Assembly (NCBI GenBank): GCA_964016885.1
Contig: OZ024750.1
Coordinates: 36,084,001-36,148,000, forward strand
Length of the DNA: 64,000 nucleotides
Source: Eledone cirrhosa
Taxonomy: Eukaryota
Reading direction: 5' to 3'
Shown here: positions 40,291 through 53,624 of the stretch, piece after piece
How the letters are laid out: every line of letters starts with the position of its first letter
Position numbering within the stretch: position 1 is the first letter of the stretch
Program-made: the position numbers and the translations under genes
The notes under the pieces: model-generated
What the model was told of the DNA's origin: nothing
What the model saw: the letters and a program-made list of their open reading frames with translations, nothing else
Database searches by the model: none

Positions 40291-40814
40291 AATATCATAA
40301 GCTATATCTATGTATAGCTTACCTTTATATATTATGTTATATATTCAATTCGTTTCTACTTTGTAATGTTTTAGTGAAATATACACTTCATTTTCCATTA
40401 CTTATTTCTTATCAGCTGTTATATTACATTTCTGACATCTGTTTTTGTGCTGACAAATATTAGTTCTTACACACATTGTCTGGTTTTGCCCTCACTCCTA
40501 CATGAACTACATTAACATTTTACCACTCATGCATCAAGATAATTCCTTGTAGATGTTAAATCCAAGGTGTCTACACTTGCTGGATACACTACTAATTGCC
40601 AGAAGATATATTTTTTAATTTTGTATTATTACTTTTGTTTTTTGTTTAAGTAGATTTTTTTTTTTTTTGTGCCTAGCAATCTGGGAAATCATAATTTTCT
40701 ATATCTTTATAATGTGCCATCACTTATATATATGTAGCCTTAGCTAAAACTGCAGCTTGTGTGTGATAGTCACTTTCAAGTAATGTAATCTTGGATGCTT
40801 ACTTCTTAGTGAAG

Positions 40815-41060
40815 GAAGATGGCTTAGTGATTAGAGAGTTTGATTTGCAATCGTGAGGTTGCGAGTTCAATTCTTGGACCTGGTAATGCGTTATGTCCTT
40901 GAGTAAGACACTTTATTTTTCACATTGCTCCTTCTGCCAGGAGTTGCAACCGGTAGATAGTATCAGCAATGGAAAGACCAATGAAAACATTGTTTCCTTG
41001 GTCCAATTTGACGAGGTCCACCCCACTTGGTAAGTGAATGAGGTCTGGGATCCTGTTGAT
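40815..41060 (+). mobile_element. CORE-type SINE variant
   Basis: tggcttagtg..gagttcaattc head, ccttgagtaagacacttt; body shared in reverse with 59145-59300. Confidence 0.7.
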
Positions 41061-41449
41061 CGATCAGAGTAATAGTGAGCTTACGTCTTCACCAAACTCT
41101 CTTTTTCACTGGGTTTTACTGATATAAAATGTATAGATATTTGATAGCAATGATACTATGGAATCATAGTCCGTGATTGCCTCTCAACATGAACAAATTA
41201 GTTCATGAACAATTTTTCAAAAAAATAAACGTCTTGGTTCATGAACAGTGTCTGCTTCTTCTTTGCACTGGTCTGTATTGAGACCTCTGGCATCCTTGGT
41301 TCCTAAACTGTTGATTTCCTCTGTAAAGTCAGAAAGACAGCATCCCACTTGAGGAAGGATCCCAATGAGGTAGGGGGTGGCTGATGAAGCAGGTGTCTCT
41401 GGCCATTCTTCACTAGGCCAGCGATTGTGGGGTAAGGTCAAGTCGGTTA

Positions 41450-41610
41450 AATTGACACCGGTGCATTACTGGTACTTTATTTTTTTCGAACCCCTTATGG
41501 ATGAAAGACAAAGCTAACCTTGGTGGGATTTGAATTCAGAACCCAAAGGGCCATAACTCTATGGTGTGAAGCACGGTGTCCAGTGCTGTACTGATACTGT
41601 CAATCCACCA
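41450..41610 (-). mobile_element. SINE family A, diverged
   Basis: ctggtactttattttttcgaaccccttatggatgaaag...gtcaatccacc. Confidence 0.75.
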
Positions 41611-42025
41611 TCCTAGGGCCCTTAATAATAATAAATGTCTCTATCAATAGATACTGAATATAAAAACCGTCATCATCGAGGAATTGAGAATTTGGTACAC
41701 ACTATCTCCTCTCCTTGAATATGGAGATGAGAAAATGGAATGGAATGAATCCAAACAAATGTGTTTAAGTAGAAATAAATAGAGAGAGAGAGAGTGTGTG
41801 TGTGTGAGTGTGAGAGAGAGAGAGTGTGTGTGTGTGTGTGTGAGAGAGAGAGGGGGCATGACTCAGTGGTCAGCTAGCAGTTGAAAGATCTTTGGGAATG
41901 TGATCTTGTTAAATCTTTTCCTGGATGTAGTTTAGTTTGTATAGGAATGTATTGATACAATCATTGAAAATGTATGACACCACCTCCATCAAAGAGAATA
42001 TTTGCAAAGCATTAGCCATGGGGAT

Positions 42026-43078
42026 TGTGGGTCACTAAAGAGTTAGCTAAGGGAAGTAACAATTACACAACTAGCTATAGAGAATGTGGGTCACTAAAGA
42101 GTTAGCTAAGAGAAGTAACAATTACACAACTAGCTATAGAGAATGTGGGTCACTAAAGAGTTAGCTAAGGGAAGTAACAATTACACAACTAGCTATAGAG
42201 AATGTGGGTTACTAAAGAGTTAGCTAAGGGAAGTAACAATTACACAACTTGCTATAGAGAATGTGGGTTACTAAAGAGTTAGCTAAGGGAAGTAACAATT
42301 ACACAACTAGCTATAGAGAATGTGGGTTACTAAAGAGTTAGCTAAGGGAAGTAACAATTACACAACTAGCTATAGAGAATGTGGGTCACTAAAGAGTTAG
42401 CTAAGGGAAGTAACAATTACACAACTAGCTATAGAGAATGTGGGTCACTAAAGAGTTAGCTAAGGGAAGTAACAATTACACAACTAGCTATAGAGAATGT
42501 GGGTCACTAAAGAGTTAGCTAAGGGAAGTAACAATTACACAACTAGCTATAGAGAATGTGGGTCGCTAAAGAGTTAGCTAGGGGAAGTAACCAGTACACA
42601 ACTAGCTACTGAGAATGTGGAGCACTAAAGAGTTAGCTAGGGGAAGTAACCACTACACAACTATCTACTGAGAATGTGGGTTGCTAAAGAGTTAGCTAGG
42701 GGAAGTAACCACTACACAACTATCTACTGAGAATGTGGGTTGCTATAGAGTTAGCTAGGGGAAGTAACCACTACACAACTAGCTACTGAGAATGTGGGTT
42801 GCTAAAGAGTTAGCTAGGGGAAGTAACCACTACACAACTAGCTACTGAGAATGTGGGTTGCTAAAGAGTTAGCTAGGGGAAGTGACCACTACACAACTAG
42901 CTACTGAGAATGTGGGTTGCTATAGAGTTAGCTAGGGGAAGTAACCACTACACAACTATCTACTGAGAATGTGGGTTGCTAAAGAGTTAGCTAGGGGAAG
43001 TAACCACTACACAACTAGCTACTGAGAATGTGTGTTGCTATAGAGTCTACTAAGAAAAGTTGCCACTCCACAACTAGA
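42026..43078. repeat. 59-bp tandem array, about 18 copies, two sequence subtypes
   Basis: tgtgggtcactaaagagttagctaagggaagtaacaattacacaactagctatagagaa; starts at 42026 and 42085. Confidence 0.97.
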
Positions 43079-43104
43079 TGAACATTATTGCTGGAACTCA
43101 TTTT

Positions 43105-43367
43105 CTGCTGAGTATACTGGAGCAACATGAAATGAAGTGTTTTGCTCAAGAACACAACACGCAGCCCAGTCCAAGAATCGAACCTGCAACATTATGATCT
43201 AAGTCCAACATCCTTACCACTAGGCCATGTACTTCCACTGAGTATACTGGAGCAACATGAAATAAAGTCTTTTGCTGAAGAACACAATACACAACCCAGT
43301 CCAAGAAACAAATCCATGACATAATCATAAGTACAACACCCTTATCACTAGGTCACACACCTCCACA
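43105..43367 (-). mobile_element. Tandem pair (130-bp period) of CORE-SINE head fragments
   Basis: ctgagtatactggagcaacatgaaat at 43108 and 43238. Confidence 0.8.
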
Positions 43368-43711
43368 GTTAAGTCCCTACAATGTCTTTATTTGAAATAA
43401 ACAGAAGCCCTCTCCAGATGACAATTGACTTCTCATCTACTTCTCACCATAACCACACGACTAACCCTAGAACAGTGACTGCTACAAACCAGGAATTAGA
43501 ATAGTATGTTTTAACAGCTTAGTTTTGATGTTCAGATATAATCCTAAATTAAATATTGTATTAGGAAGATGTCATTAATTATGTTGAGAGAGGAATATAA
43601 CTTATGGACTAAATAATTAATAAGTCGAAGTGTATTTTATTAGTTTACTTGAAATATATCTAGTATCTGGATTTTAGTGTTATTGAATAGGATATGAGAT
43701 GGGAAAATATT

Positions 43712-44490
43712 CGGTGGATTGGCAGTATTGGTAGAGGGTCAGACGCCATGCTTTGTAGCAAAGAGTTACAACCCTTTATGGACTGAGTTCAAATCCCGCC
43801 GAGGTTAAATAAAGTACCAGTAATGTACTGGTAATTGCTGGCCTTGTGCCAAAACATAGAAACAATTATTATTTGTGAAGGCACGTGACTGAACATTATT
43901 GCTCTCAGCTGAGTATACTGGAGCAACATGAAATAAGGTGTTTTGTTCAAGAATATTGACCTCAGTACTGAAATGGTACTTAATTTTACCAACCTCGAAA
44001 GGACGAAAGGCAAAGTTGACCATGACAGAATTTGAACTGAAGGAGCAGAAACAAAAACTGCAAAACATTCTAGTGACTCTGTCAATTCATTGCAGTCATC
44101 ATCCTCATCCAGTTTTTACTCTGCAGGACACAATTAATCCCTAAGTAGGAGTGGGTCCTGTCTGACAGCACTTCTTAGTATCTCGCTCCATTTGTCTCTG
44201 TCCACCAGTCTCACTTGGGCCGGGCCAAGCCAAGCCTAACTTGATCTTAATGGACAACCTCCATCCAAGTCCAAATGGTTTCTAATTTAGGCACAAGGCT
44301 GGTAGTTTGGGAGAAAAGGAGAGGAAATTGATAATATTGATCTTAGTACTTGATTGGTATTTTATTTTATTGATCCTGGAAGGATAAAAGGTAAAATTGA
44401 CCTCAGTGGGATTTGAACTCAGAATGTAAAGAGCTGGAACAAATGCTACAAAAGATTTTACCAAAAGTCCTCACAATTCTGTTAATCCAC
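43712..44490. mobile_element. Cluster of SINE family A and CORE-SINE fragments on both strands
   Basis: Internally deleted A copy at 43712-43866 (+); diverged copies near 43960-44090 and 44280-44490 (-). Confidence 0.7.
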
Positions 44491-44984
44491 AGATATTTCT
44501 GTTCTATTGGTCAGAGTCTTCATTACCATTTCCACAATATCTTTCTATTTTATTTATTTATTACATTTTATCTATTTTTTTCCCTTCAACATGCAACAAG
44601 ATACTATGTTCTCAATGGATATTTAATTAGTGTATTAATGTGTTGTTTTTGTTTCTGTTGTTGTTGTTGTTGTTGTTGCTGTTGCTGCTGCTGCTGTTGC
44701 TGTTGTTGTTGTAGAATATTTTCTTCACGTTATGTTAGAGTAGAAGAGGTCATCTCACAGCAGATTCAGTAGAAGTATCTACATTCCTTTTCTATAGCGA
44801 TGCCCCAGCATGGACTCAGCCGGATAGCTAGAGCAGGTAAAAGAATAACAGAGTATGTGACTATATCTTCAGGGTTGAAACATAAACTGACAAAAGACAA
44901 TTCAGTGTGAGAAATATGATGGCTAAGCTATTTGTCTGATATTTACTTCAGCACTCTACCTATCACTAAACATTTGTATGATGC

Positions 44985-45110
44985 TCTACTGACTCTACCA
45001 ATCGACTACCAATCCACTGTCAATCTGCTGCCAATCTACTGCAAATCCACTACCAGTCCACTGCTAATCCATTGTCAATCTGCTGCCAGTCCACTGCCAA
45101 TCCACTGCCA
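44985..45110. repeat. Degenerate 11-bp minisatellite (ccactgccaat)n
   Basis: About 10 imperfect copies; matches the minus-strand 5' end of SINE A. Confidence 0.75.
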
Positions 45111-45304
45111 AGATATAACACTGAAATAATAATGTATATTACATAAATTGACAGCTCACACTTGATTTTGAACCAATCATATATTAACATTAGTTGGGTG
45201 AAAGAAAGAAACCTATATCACTTGATTATGTTATAAAGGGATAATCATGGAAGTTAATCTAAGATTATATTTTCAAATGTCATTATGTTGGACTTCAGTT
45301 GTAA

Positions 45305-45597
45305 TCATCATCATCATCATCATCATACATCCGCTTTTCCCTGCTTGCAAGGGTGGGACAGGTACTTTTCAGCCCAGCATTTCTCCATTTGTCAAATTCT
45401 TTCGTCATCTCCTCTGTGAGCTTCTGCAATCTGGGTTCAGTTCTCACCCCCTCTGCTCATGTTTTCCATGCTCTTCCTCTGCTGCATCTTCTTTCCACTG
45501 AGATTTCTTGGCACTTCTTCACCAGGCAGTTATCATCCATGTACATCACATGGTCACACCAACACAGTCTTCTCTCCTGCACACTACAGTTTATTCC
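45305..45597 (-). mobile_element. RTE LINE 3' end sharing the SINE B tail
   Basis: RLCWCDHVM motif; tail ccgcttttccctgcttgcaagggtgggac; homologous to 50828-51120. Confidence 0.82.
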
Positions 45598-46122
45598 AAA
45601 AGAAAATATTGGTGGGAACAATACATGGCCATGTATTCACTTCTAAAGGGTAATAAATCTTTACATATATGACTTCTTCCACTCTTTGTTAAACTGAAGC
45701 TTCATCTAAATATATTGTATTCTAAATATTTCATTACTCTAGTGATTAACATGAAATTGCTATCAATGTGATGGAAAGGTTTTAGTGTATTTATTATGAA
45801 ATGTCATCAATATCAGTTAAAGATGATCCTACCGTTTAGGGAGTAAGAGAGAGAGGGACATAGAGAGAGAGAAGGGGACAGAGAGAGGGAGAGAGAAAGA
45901 GAGAGCAATGATATTGCAACGTTTATATGATTGACAAAGTTATTTAAGAGAATCCAAGGGGGCACACACTTGTCTGTGTGTCAACAATCAGATAATTGAT
46001 GGTCATCACTATGAAAGGCTTGTCAGATGTTTTGAGAAAATTTCTTCAGATTGTGAAGGATCATAAGTTCTCTATCAATGAGTGAAAACCAATTCAATTT
46101 ATTTCATCCATTTTAACATTCA

Positions 46123-46345
46123 CCCTTTAGTATTTACATTACTCTATATTTACTATTATATTTTCGTCGTAAACACTTTACCTCACATAAATATCTCACA
46201 TAATATCAAATCTATGACATTTTGATATTATTTATTTTGAGAACAATACCTTAACATCAGTATGAGTGGCCAATTACAGCCGATTTGAACAGAAAGAGGT
46301 GAGAGAATTCTGGATATATATATAGCTGGTTTAAATGCTAAAGTG
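46123..46345. mobile_element. piggyBac-type MITE (no SINE insertion)
   Basis: ccctttagtatttacattactct...tttaaatgctaaagtg|ttaa. Confidence 0.8.
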
Positions 46346-47074
46346 TTAAATATATTATACTTGAAATGGAAAAATAGAGAAGTAAATAACTCATGCAAAG
46401 AGAAAGATTATTGCAAGAATTTTATGACTAGTTTTTGACGAGGTGAAATGAATAATAGCATTATCCGACAAATGAAGTTCTTTGTTAAAGATACACCACT
46501 CTCCATTGACATCCTCTGATCATAATAAGTATTACCAAGTCACATCTCTAACTTACTGTAAATTTCCTCCAGATATAGATATTTAAATTAGTTTGTTACA
46601 TCTCTTAAATCCGTACTTCAAAGATCACTATGGGTGATAACCTATTTATGAGATACATCTTAATTATAATTTAACAAATGACTATATCACAACATATGAA
46701 ATTACAGAGACTTACATAATACGTGGGTATGGTGTGTGATGTGTGCATTTATATATGTGCTTGTATTTGCTCAACATTTTTTTATTTGCAAAATAACGAA
46801 GTTAATGTTAAAAGTATGACAACATTTTTCATCAATACTAATTATAATTTATCTGAGATATTTAGGTATATATAATCTATATGTTATTCCTTAGCTATTA
46901 ATCTAAAATCCTGCTGTCAACTCTATTTTATAGAGCTGTTGATTCCAGATTACTTCGATACTGGTTTGTGGTATAAAAAGAATTGCTAATAACAGTTGCC
47001 TGTCTCCAACAACTCATTTGTAGGAGGCTTTTGTAAGGTTTCTATATATGAACATTACATGATAAAGTTTGTTG

Positions 47075-47096
47075 TTATATATTTATATATAATTGC

Positions 47097-47154
<58 letters not shown>

Positions 47155-47209
47155 GTATATATATATATGTGTATATATATATATGTATATATATATGTAT
47201 ATATATATG

Positions 47210-47282
<73 letters not shown>

Positions 47283-47309
47283 GTATATATATATCTATCT
47301 ATATATCTA

Positions 47310-47345
<36 letters not shown>
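47075..47345. repeat. (TA)n microsatellite with TG interruptions
   Basis: Read directly. Confidence 0.95.
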
Positions 47346-47798
47346 CTAACATATATATTGGTGTTTTTATCATGTACATTAATGATAATTCTATGGTATC
47401 CTCTTGAAATCCATTTGTAACTTTGCTTCAAGCATTCTCCTAATGTTACAGAATGACTATAATGATGACAAGGTTCCAGATGGAATATTGTTGTGGTAAT
47501 TTGTTTTAATTCATATTCCATACGACCACTGGGAGTTAAATACTAATTGCTTGCATTGAAAATACACTGAAAGAAGCTAGAATAAAAATATTAGTTGCTG
47601 AGTTGGATTCAATGCTTTTTACTTCTTAGATTTGAGTAGTAGTAGTAGTAGTAGCAGTAGTAGTAGTAGTAGTAGGTAGTATTTGTAATATTAGTTGGTA
47701 GTGTAAAAATTGAGTGTAGTATTTTAGCATGTAATTATGTAGAAATATCTCTAGAAAATATAGTTGTGTTGAAGCTAACTTAGTTGAATGATATATAT

Positions 47799-47829
<31 letters not shown>

Positions 47830-47835
47830 ATCCCA

Positions 47836-47902
<67 letters not shown>

Positions 47903-47904
<2 letters not shown>

Positions 47905-48488
47905 GAACGATAGCTGTATATCAAAGTGCAGGGCAATAAAGATAGACGGTAGCCACGGAATAGGCAGACCCAGGAAAACCTGGGACAAGCTGATAAATTC
48001 CGACCTCACACACTTACACCTCACCAAGACAATGTCACTGGACCGAGACCTTTGGCGGTACTCAGTAATAGAGAAGACCCGCCTTACCTAAGTACAAAGT
48101 AAAACCTACTACAGTCAGTAGGCATCTCTAACAAAATACACCCTCGTCCCACCACCCCCACCCCATCCACACCGCCCCTTTCAATGTAAAGTTATGTTGG
48201 TGCCACAACATCCAGGCCGAAACAAATGAGATCGTGTAGGTGTCACGTCAAAAAACACACAGTTCACACTGTAAATGTGGCCGTGTAGGCAACACGGTAA
48301 AAACCTCCCTGCCCCACACTGTAAATGTGGTTGGTGTTAGGAAGGGCATCCAGCTGTAGAAAACCCGCCAGATAGTCCTATGCGAGCAAGATAACCACTC
48401 TTGCATCAAGTGGGAAAACCCGCCGTCCAAACCCATGCAAGCGTGGAACACGGACGTTAAACGATGATGATGATGATGATGATGATGA

Positions 48489-48490
<2 letters not shown>
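47903..48490 (+). mobile_element. RTE LINE 3' end (family C) inserted in (TA)n
   Basis: MNDSCISKC..GRPRKTWDKLINSDL..DRDLWR; 3'UTR ends ggacgttaaac(gat)n. Confidence 0.9.
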
Positions 48491-48542
<52 letters not shown>

Positions 48543-49178
48543 TGGGATTGTTAATCTCTCTCTGCCTCTCTTTCTCTCTCTCTATATATATATATATATA
48601 TACAAATATAAATTAGCGAGAATTGTATTTCAGCTCAGGAATTAACGAAAATCAACGTCCGATATGTGTGGCAAGCGCTCGATGATTCATGTGAATCAGA
48701 GCTACAACATACGTTAAGGGCCAAACACACTGAGATGATGGTTAAACAGATCATCCGCACAGCCGAAACAAACGACCAAGTAATTCGGGTCAAACAATAA
48801 AAATATATGTGTTGATAATTATATATATAATTGTTTCTACATTTGGCACAAGGCCAGCAATTACGCAGTACATTACTGGTACTTTATTTTATCGACCTTG
48901 TAAGGATGAAAGGCAAAGTTAACCTCGATGGGATATATATATATATAATAAATAAGAGAGATGGTTTTATTTGTACATCTTCATTTTATTACATAATTCT
49001 ATTATACATATTTCAAAGATGTCAGTGTGGCATGTTTTCATCAGATAGTGTAAGATGTATTTTCCTATTTATTGATATGTTACTGGTTTCTTGTAGTGTT
49101 TATATCAATGACCAGTACACATAGGAAATCCTAAGGAATACAAATCGATGAGTTATGTCGGTTTACGAAAAAGTTAGT

Positions 49179-49500
<322 letters not shown>

Positions 49501-49514
49501 ATATATATATATAT

Positions 49515-49887
49515 TAGTGGTTAGAGCATTGGCCTTGCAATCGAAAGGTTGTGAGTTCAATTCTCAGACCGGGTGATGTGTTTTTTCCTTGAACAAGACA
49601 CTTTATTTCACATTGCCCCAGTTTACTCAGCTGTAGAAATGAGATGATAGGACTGGGGTCCCTATAATTCCACTGCAAAGTGGTCGTGGAGGTGCCATGG
49701 CAAAAAAAGCACCCAGCCCACACTGTAAAGTGGATGTGTAGGCGCCACGGAACAAAAGCACCCACCACTCACTGTAAATGAGGTTGGTGTTAGGAAGGGC
49801 ATCCAGCTGTAGAAATCAAGCCAACATCAGTTCCCGTCCCACCCTTGCAAGCAGGGAAAAGCGGACATAAAATGATGATCATGATGA
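49515..49887 (+). mobile_element. SINE family B with an internal ~50-bp duplication
   Basis: aaaagcaccca..cactgtaaa occurs twice within 49705-49780. Confidence 0.88.
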
Positions 49888-49897
49888 TATATATATG

Positions 49898-50222
49898 AAG
49901 ACGCATGGCTTAGTGGTTTGAGTATCGGACTTAGAATCATGAGGTTGTGAGTTTGATTCTCAGACCAGGTTCTTGAGCAAGACACTTTATTTCAGATTGC
50001 TCCAGTTCATTTAACTGTAGAAATGAGTTACAACATTACTGGAGCCAAGCTGTATTGGTCATTGCCTTTCCCTTGGACAACATCGGTGGCATGTAGAGGG
50101 GAGACTGGTATGCATGAGCGACTGCTGGTCTTCAACAAACAACCTTGCCCAGACTTGTGCCTAGAGGAACTTTGTAGGTGCAAATCCCATGCTCATTCAT
50201 GACTGAAGGGGGTCTTTACCTT
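49898..50222 (+). mobile_element. CORE-type SINE with a different body, ending gggggtctttaccttt
   Basis: catggcttagtggtt head, ttgagcaagacactttatttc; same tail at 60318-60343. Confidence 0.75.
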
Positions 50223-50232
50223 TATATATATA

Positions 50233-50822
50233 CTAGCAGATGTACCTGGTGTTGCTCAGGAAATGAATGACAGCCTGTTTGTCCGTATAAAGAGAGCCAA
50301 AGTTTGAGCAAAGAATTGAAATGTAATTGTAAAAAGAGGTTTAACAAAATGGGTGTACAGTGACATTTATCAAGTGAAATAAACGGCAACATAAAAACAA
50401 TTGATGGGGTAGCTTGAGTTAATTGACGTGAATGATTTCAGGTCCGGCCTTGCTGTAGTAGGTATGAGTAAGGGGATAAAGATGGAATAGACGCACTGTA
50501 TGTCCTTCAGTAGACTAAACCCTATGCGTAAGATGGTGCTGCCACTACCACGTTGACCATCCACTGGACATAGAAATATCATTCCTTGAAGCAAATCGGC
50601 CTAGTACTTCAAAAGTTAAATGGAGCCTAGTATTTGTACACAGACAGATACACACACAAAATCGATTTTTCCAAAACCTGCTCTGGCATATAAGCAACAC
50701 GTGTGCCAAATTTGGTTGAAATCGGCCTAGTACTTCAAAAGTTAAAAGGAGCCTAGTATTTGTACACAGACAGACATACAGACACACACACACAGACCGA
50801 CTTGCTTTTATATATATATAGA
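50233..50822 (-). mobile_element. Non-autonomous Helitron, both ends intact
   Basis: Minus strand: 5' TCTATATATATATAAAA; 3' hairpin cctgagcaacaccagg then CTAG; inserted between A and T; internal ~55-bp direct repeat. Confidence 0.85.
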
Positions 50823-50827
50823 TATTA

Positions 50828-51650
50828 TCATCATCATCATACATCTGCTTTTCCCTGCTTGCAAGGGTGGGACAGGTCCTATTCAACACAGCATCTCTCC
50901 ACTTGTCACGGTCCTTCATCATCTCCTCTGTGAGCTTCAGCGATCTGAGGTCTACTCTCACCACCTCCGCCCATTTTTTCATGGTCTTCTTCTACTGTGT
51001 CTTCTTCTACTGTCTTCCTTCTACTGGGATTTCTTGGCACCTCTTTACCCAGTGGTCATCCTCCATGCACATCACATGTCCCTACCAATGCAGTCTTCTC
51101 TCCTGCACACTACAACTTATCCTTCTTATACACAGTTTTTCTCTCAACTCATCTATGCTTAGTCATTCACGCACATTGACATTGCACATCCATCGGAGCA
51201 TGCTTGCTTCATTTCTCTCCAGCCTTCACATATCCTCCGCAGTTGCTGCCCATGTCTCACTACCATGCAGCATCACGCCCCTCACACAAGCATCATATAA
51301 CCGGCCTTTTGTTCGTAGGGAGAAACCCTTCTTTGTCAACAGAGCAAGCAGCTCCCTAAACCTCTTCCAACCCGTCCTTATTCTAGATACTATGACATCG
51401 GAGCACACCCTCCCTTCTTAATCTGATCACCTAGGTACCAGAAGCTAGCAACCACTTCTATAGATCCTACCTGCATTTGAAAAATGTGTCTATCACTGCG
51501 ACTTCTACTGTCAAATTTCCCTGTACATCTACTGCATATGTAGTTTTCCCTACCCCTTAGTTTGCCCCTACATCTCTTGTGTACCCAAGATCTGCATTGT
51601 GTACATTTTATAGAATTTATGCCAACTCCTTTTCTACATATTGAACATGT
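50828..51650 (-). mobile_element. RTE (BovB-like) LINE 3' fragment
   Basis: FWYLGD, RIRTGWKRFRELL, HGSETWA, DRDKWR; Cys-rich insert at the 5' edge. Confidence 0.9.
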
Positions 51651-52069
51651 ATATAGTGTTAAATCTCTCTCTATATGGGAAGAGACTGTGAATGATATAA
51701 CTTGAAAAATCATTGAAATATTGAAGACAACTGATAATAAACAGAGCATATATAAAAATAGAATGTGATGTTAAACATTTCTGTTGATTTCTCCAAGGTT
51801 TTACAGAAAAGCTATTACTTTTAATTCATGTCTATATCAAATCTTTCTACTTTTTGTCTTATATATTCTCAGACAATATTTGTATTGTTTTTTATTGTAT
51901 TGTTCTGGTCATGAGGTACTTTGTAAGGTAAATTTTAATGGTCAGACATCTTTCCTTGTGCCAAGTCTTTTAACAGTCACCTTTTACAAAATACAGAGAT
52001 ATGGTGTACCTATTCTTCTGTATATTTGTAATTGTATTCAATATATCGCTAGTTGTTATTATATTGCTT

Positions 52070-52214
52070 TGATGCATAGAGTTATGGCCCTTGCCATTCT
52101 GAGTTCAAATCCCGCCAAGGTTAACTTTGCCTTTCATCCTTACGGGGTCAATAAAATAAAGTACCAGTAATGCACTGGGATAATTGCTGGCCTTGTGCCA
52201 AAAGTAGAAACAAT
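52070..52214 (+). mobile_element. SINE family A, 5'-truncated
   Basis: gagttcaaatcccgccaaggttaactttgcctttcatccttacggggtc. Confidence 0.85.
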
Positions 52215-52969
52215 TGTTAATTAAAAGAAAATACATTGTTCAAAGCATTTATAAAATTTCAAATGAGTTAAAATTCAAGAAATTAAACCAACTCCTCTAA
52301 ATATACCAGGAAATAGATTATGGTGTCAAAATAATTTTTAAAAAATTTATCCTAAAATAAAATAAAACTGAGATTATTTATCCTTTGTGGTTATTATAAC
52401 TTCATCCATTTTGTTTTTGCTCAATCCTGAAATATCTTTGATTATTGACTCCTGATCAAAGAAATACAATTATTTTAAATTTGATTGTATTTTATCTTTA
52501 TATTACAAAACTGTATTGATAATGGGATGGAGAGGTGGGGCAACATTTTTAATTTTCATAATATTTAGTGAATTTAAGGTGAAATTTCCTGTACTACCGA
52601 AATAAAACAGGAATTATATTTGTCTCAACATTAGCTATAAAACTACATGCAAGTCTATTAAAATTAATATACTGCATGGTGTACTTTGTCATGGACAAGC
52701 TTTAAAAATAATTGTTGGATTTTTAGAATGTTACATGTTAACCATGTATTCAGATTTTCATTAATGAGAAATATTGAAATTTTCTCTTTCTAATTTAAAG
52801 GGAGAAAATGTTGATTTATTGCAGCTTTGACCCCCAAGAGAAAATAATTTGGCAATTCCAATTTCTAGCTTACAGACACAGACTTTATTTTATTTTGTTA
52901 TTATTTGAAATGTTCTCAGTTTATTACAAATTTGATTTATAAATCAAAAAGAGTATGTCTCTTCTTTAA

Positions 52970-53100
52970 CCCTTTAGCATTTACATTACTCTATATTTAC
53001 TATTGTATTTTCATAGTAAACACTTTATTTCACATACTTATCTTACATAATATCAAATCTATGAGATTTTGATATTATTTATTTTGAGAACAATACCTTA
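52970..53100. mobile_element. piggyBac-type MITE, left half only
   Basis: ttaa|ccctttagcatttacattactct. Confidence 0.75.
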
Positions 53101-53139
53101 AGTATGAACAGGAAAAATGTTAAGCATAGATATATGTAT

Positions 53140-53160
53140 TATGTATATATATATATATGT

Positions 53161-53238
<78 letters not shown>

Positions 53239-53593
53239 TTGGGGAGGGTCATATTGTTGTAATGATATTGCCAGAAATAATAACAACACACTTTGGTTGT
53301 TTGGTTGGTTTTCGCTTTTGCATCTTTTATATCTGCATAGTTAATTTATTTGGCAATCAATGTTTATCATTGACTGACCAACGATTAAAAATACAGATAT
53401 AAATGTATATATATAGTCTGACAAAGTTCTTTCGTTGCACATCTGCAATACCCTCACGTTCTTACTTGGAAAAAGTTACATCTATGATGCACATTTGGTT
53501 CAGCCGTTTGGCGAAAAGTTTGTTACATACATATGGCCGTCAGCTTTATTAGTATATATATATATATCTATATATATGTTATCTCTCTCTCTC

Positions 53594-53624
<31 letters not shown>

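Noticed and set aside
41217-41441. 74-aa ORF in non-repetitive sequence as a host exon
   Set aside because: No recognisable motif or convincing splice context
44413-44772. Poly-Cys ORF
   Set aside because: (TGT/TGC)n trinucleotide repeat following a SINE fragment
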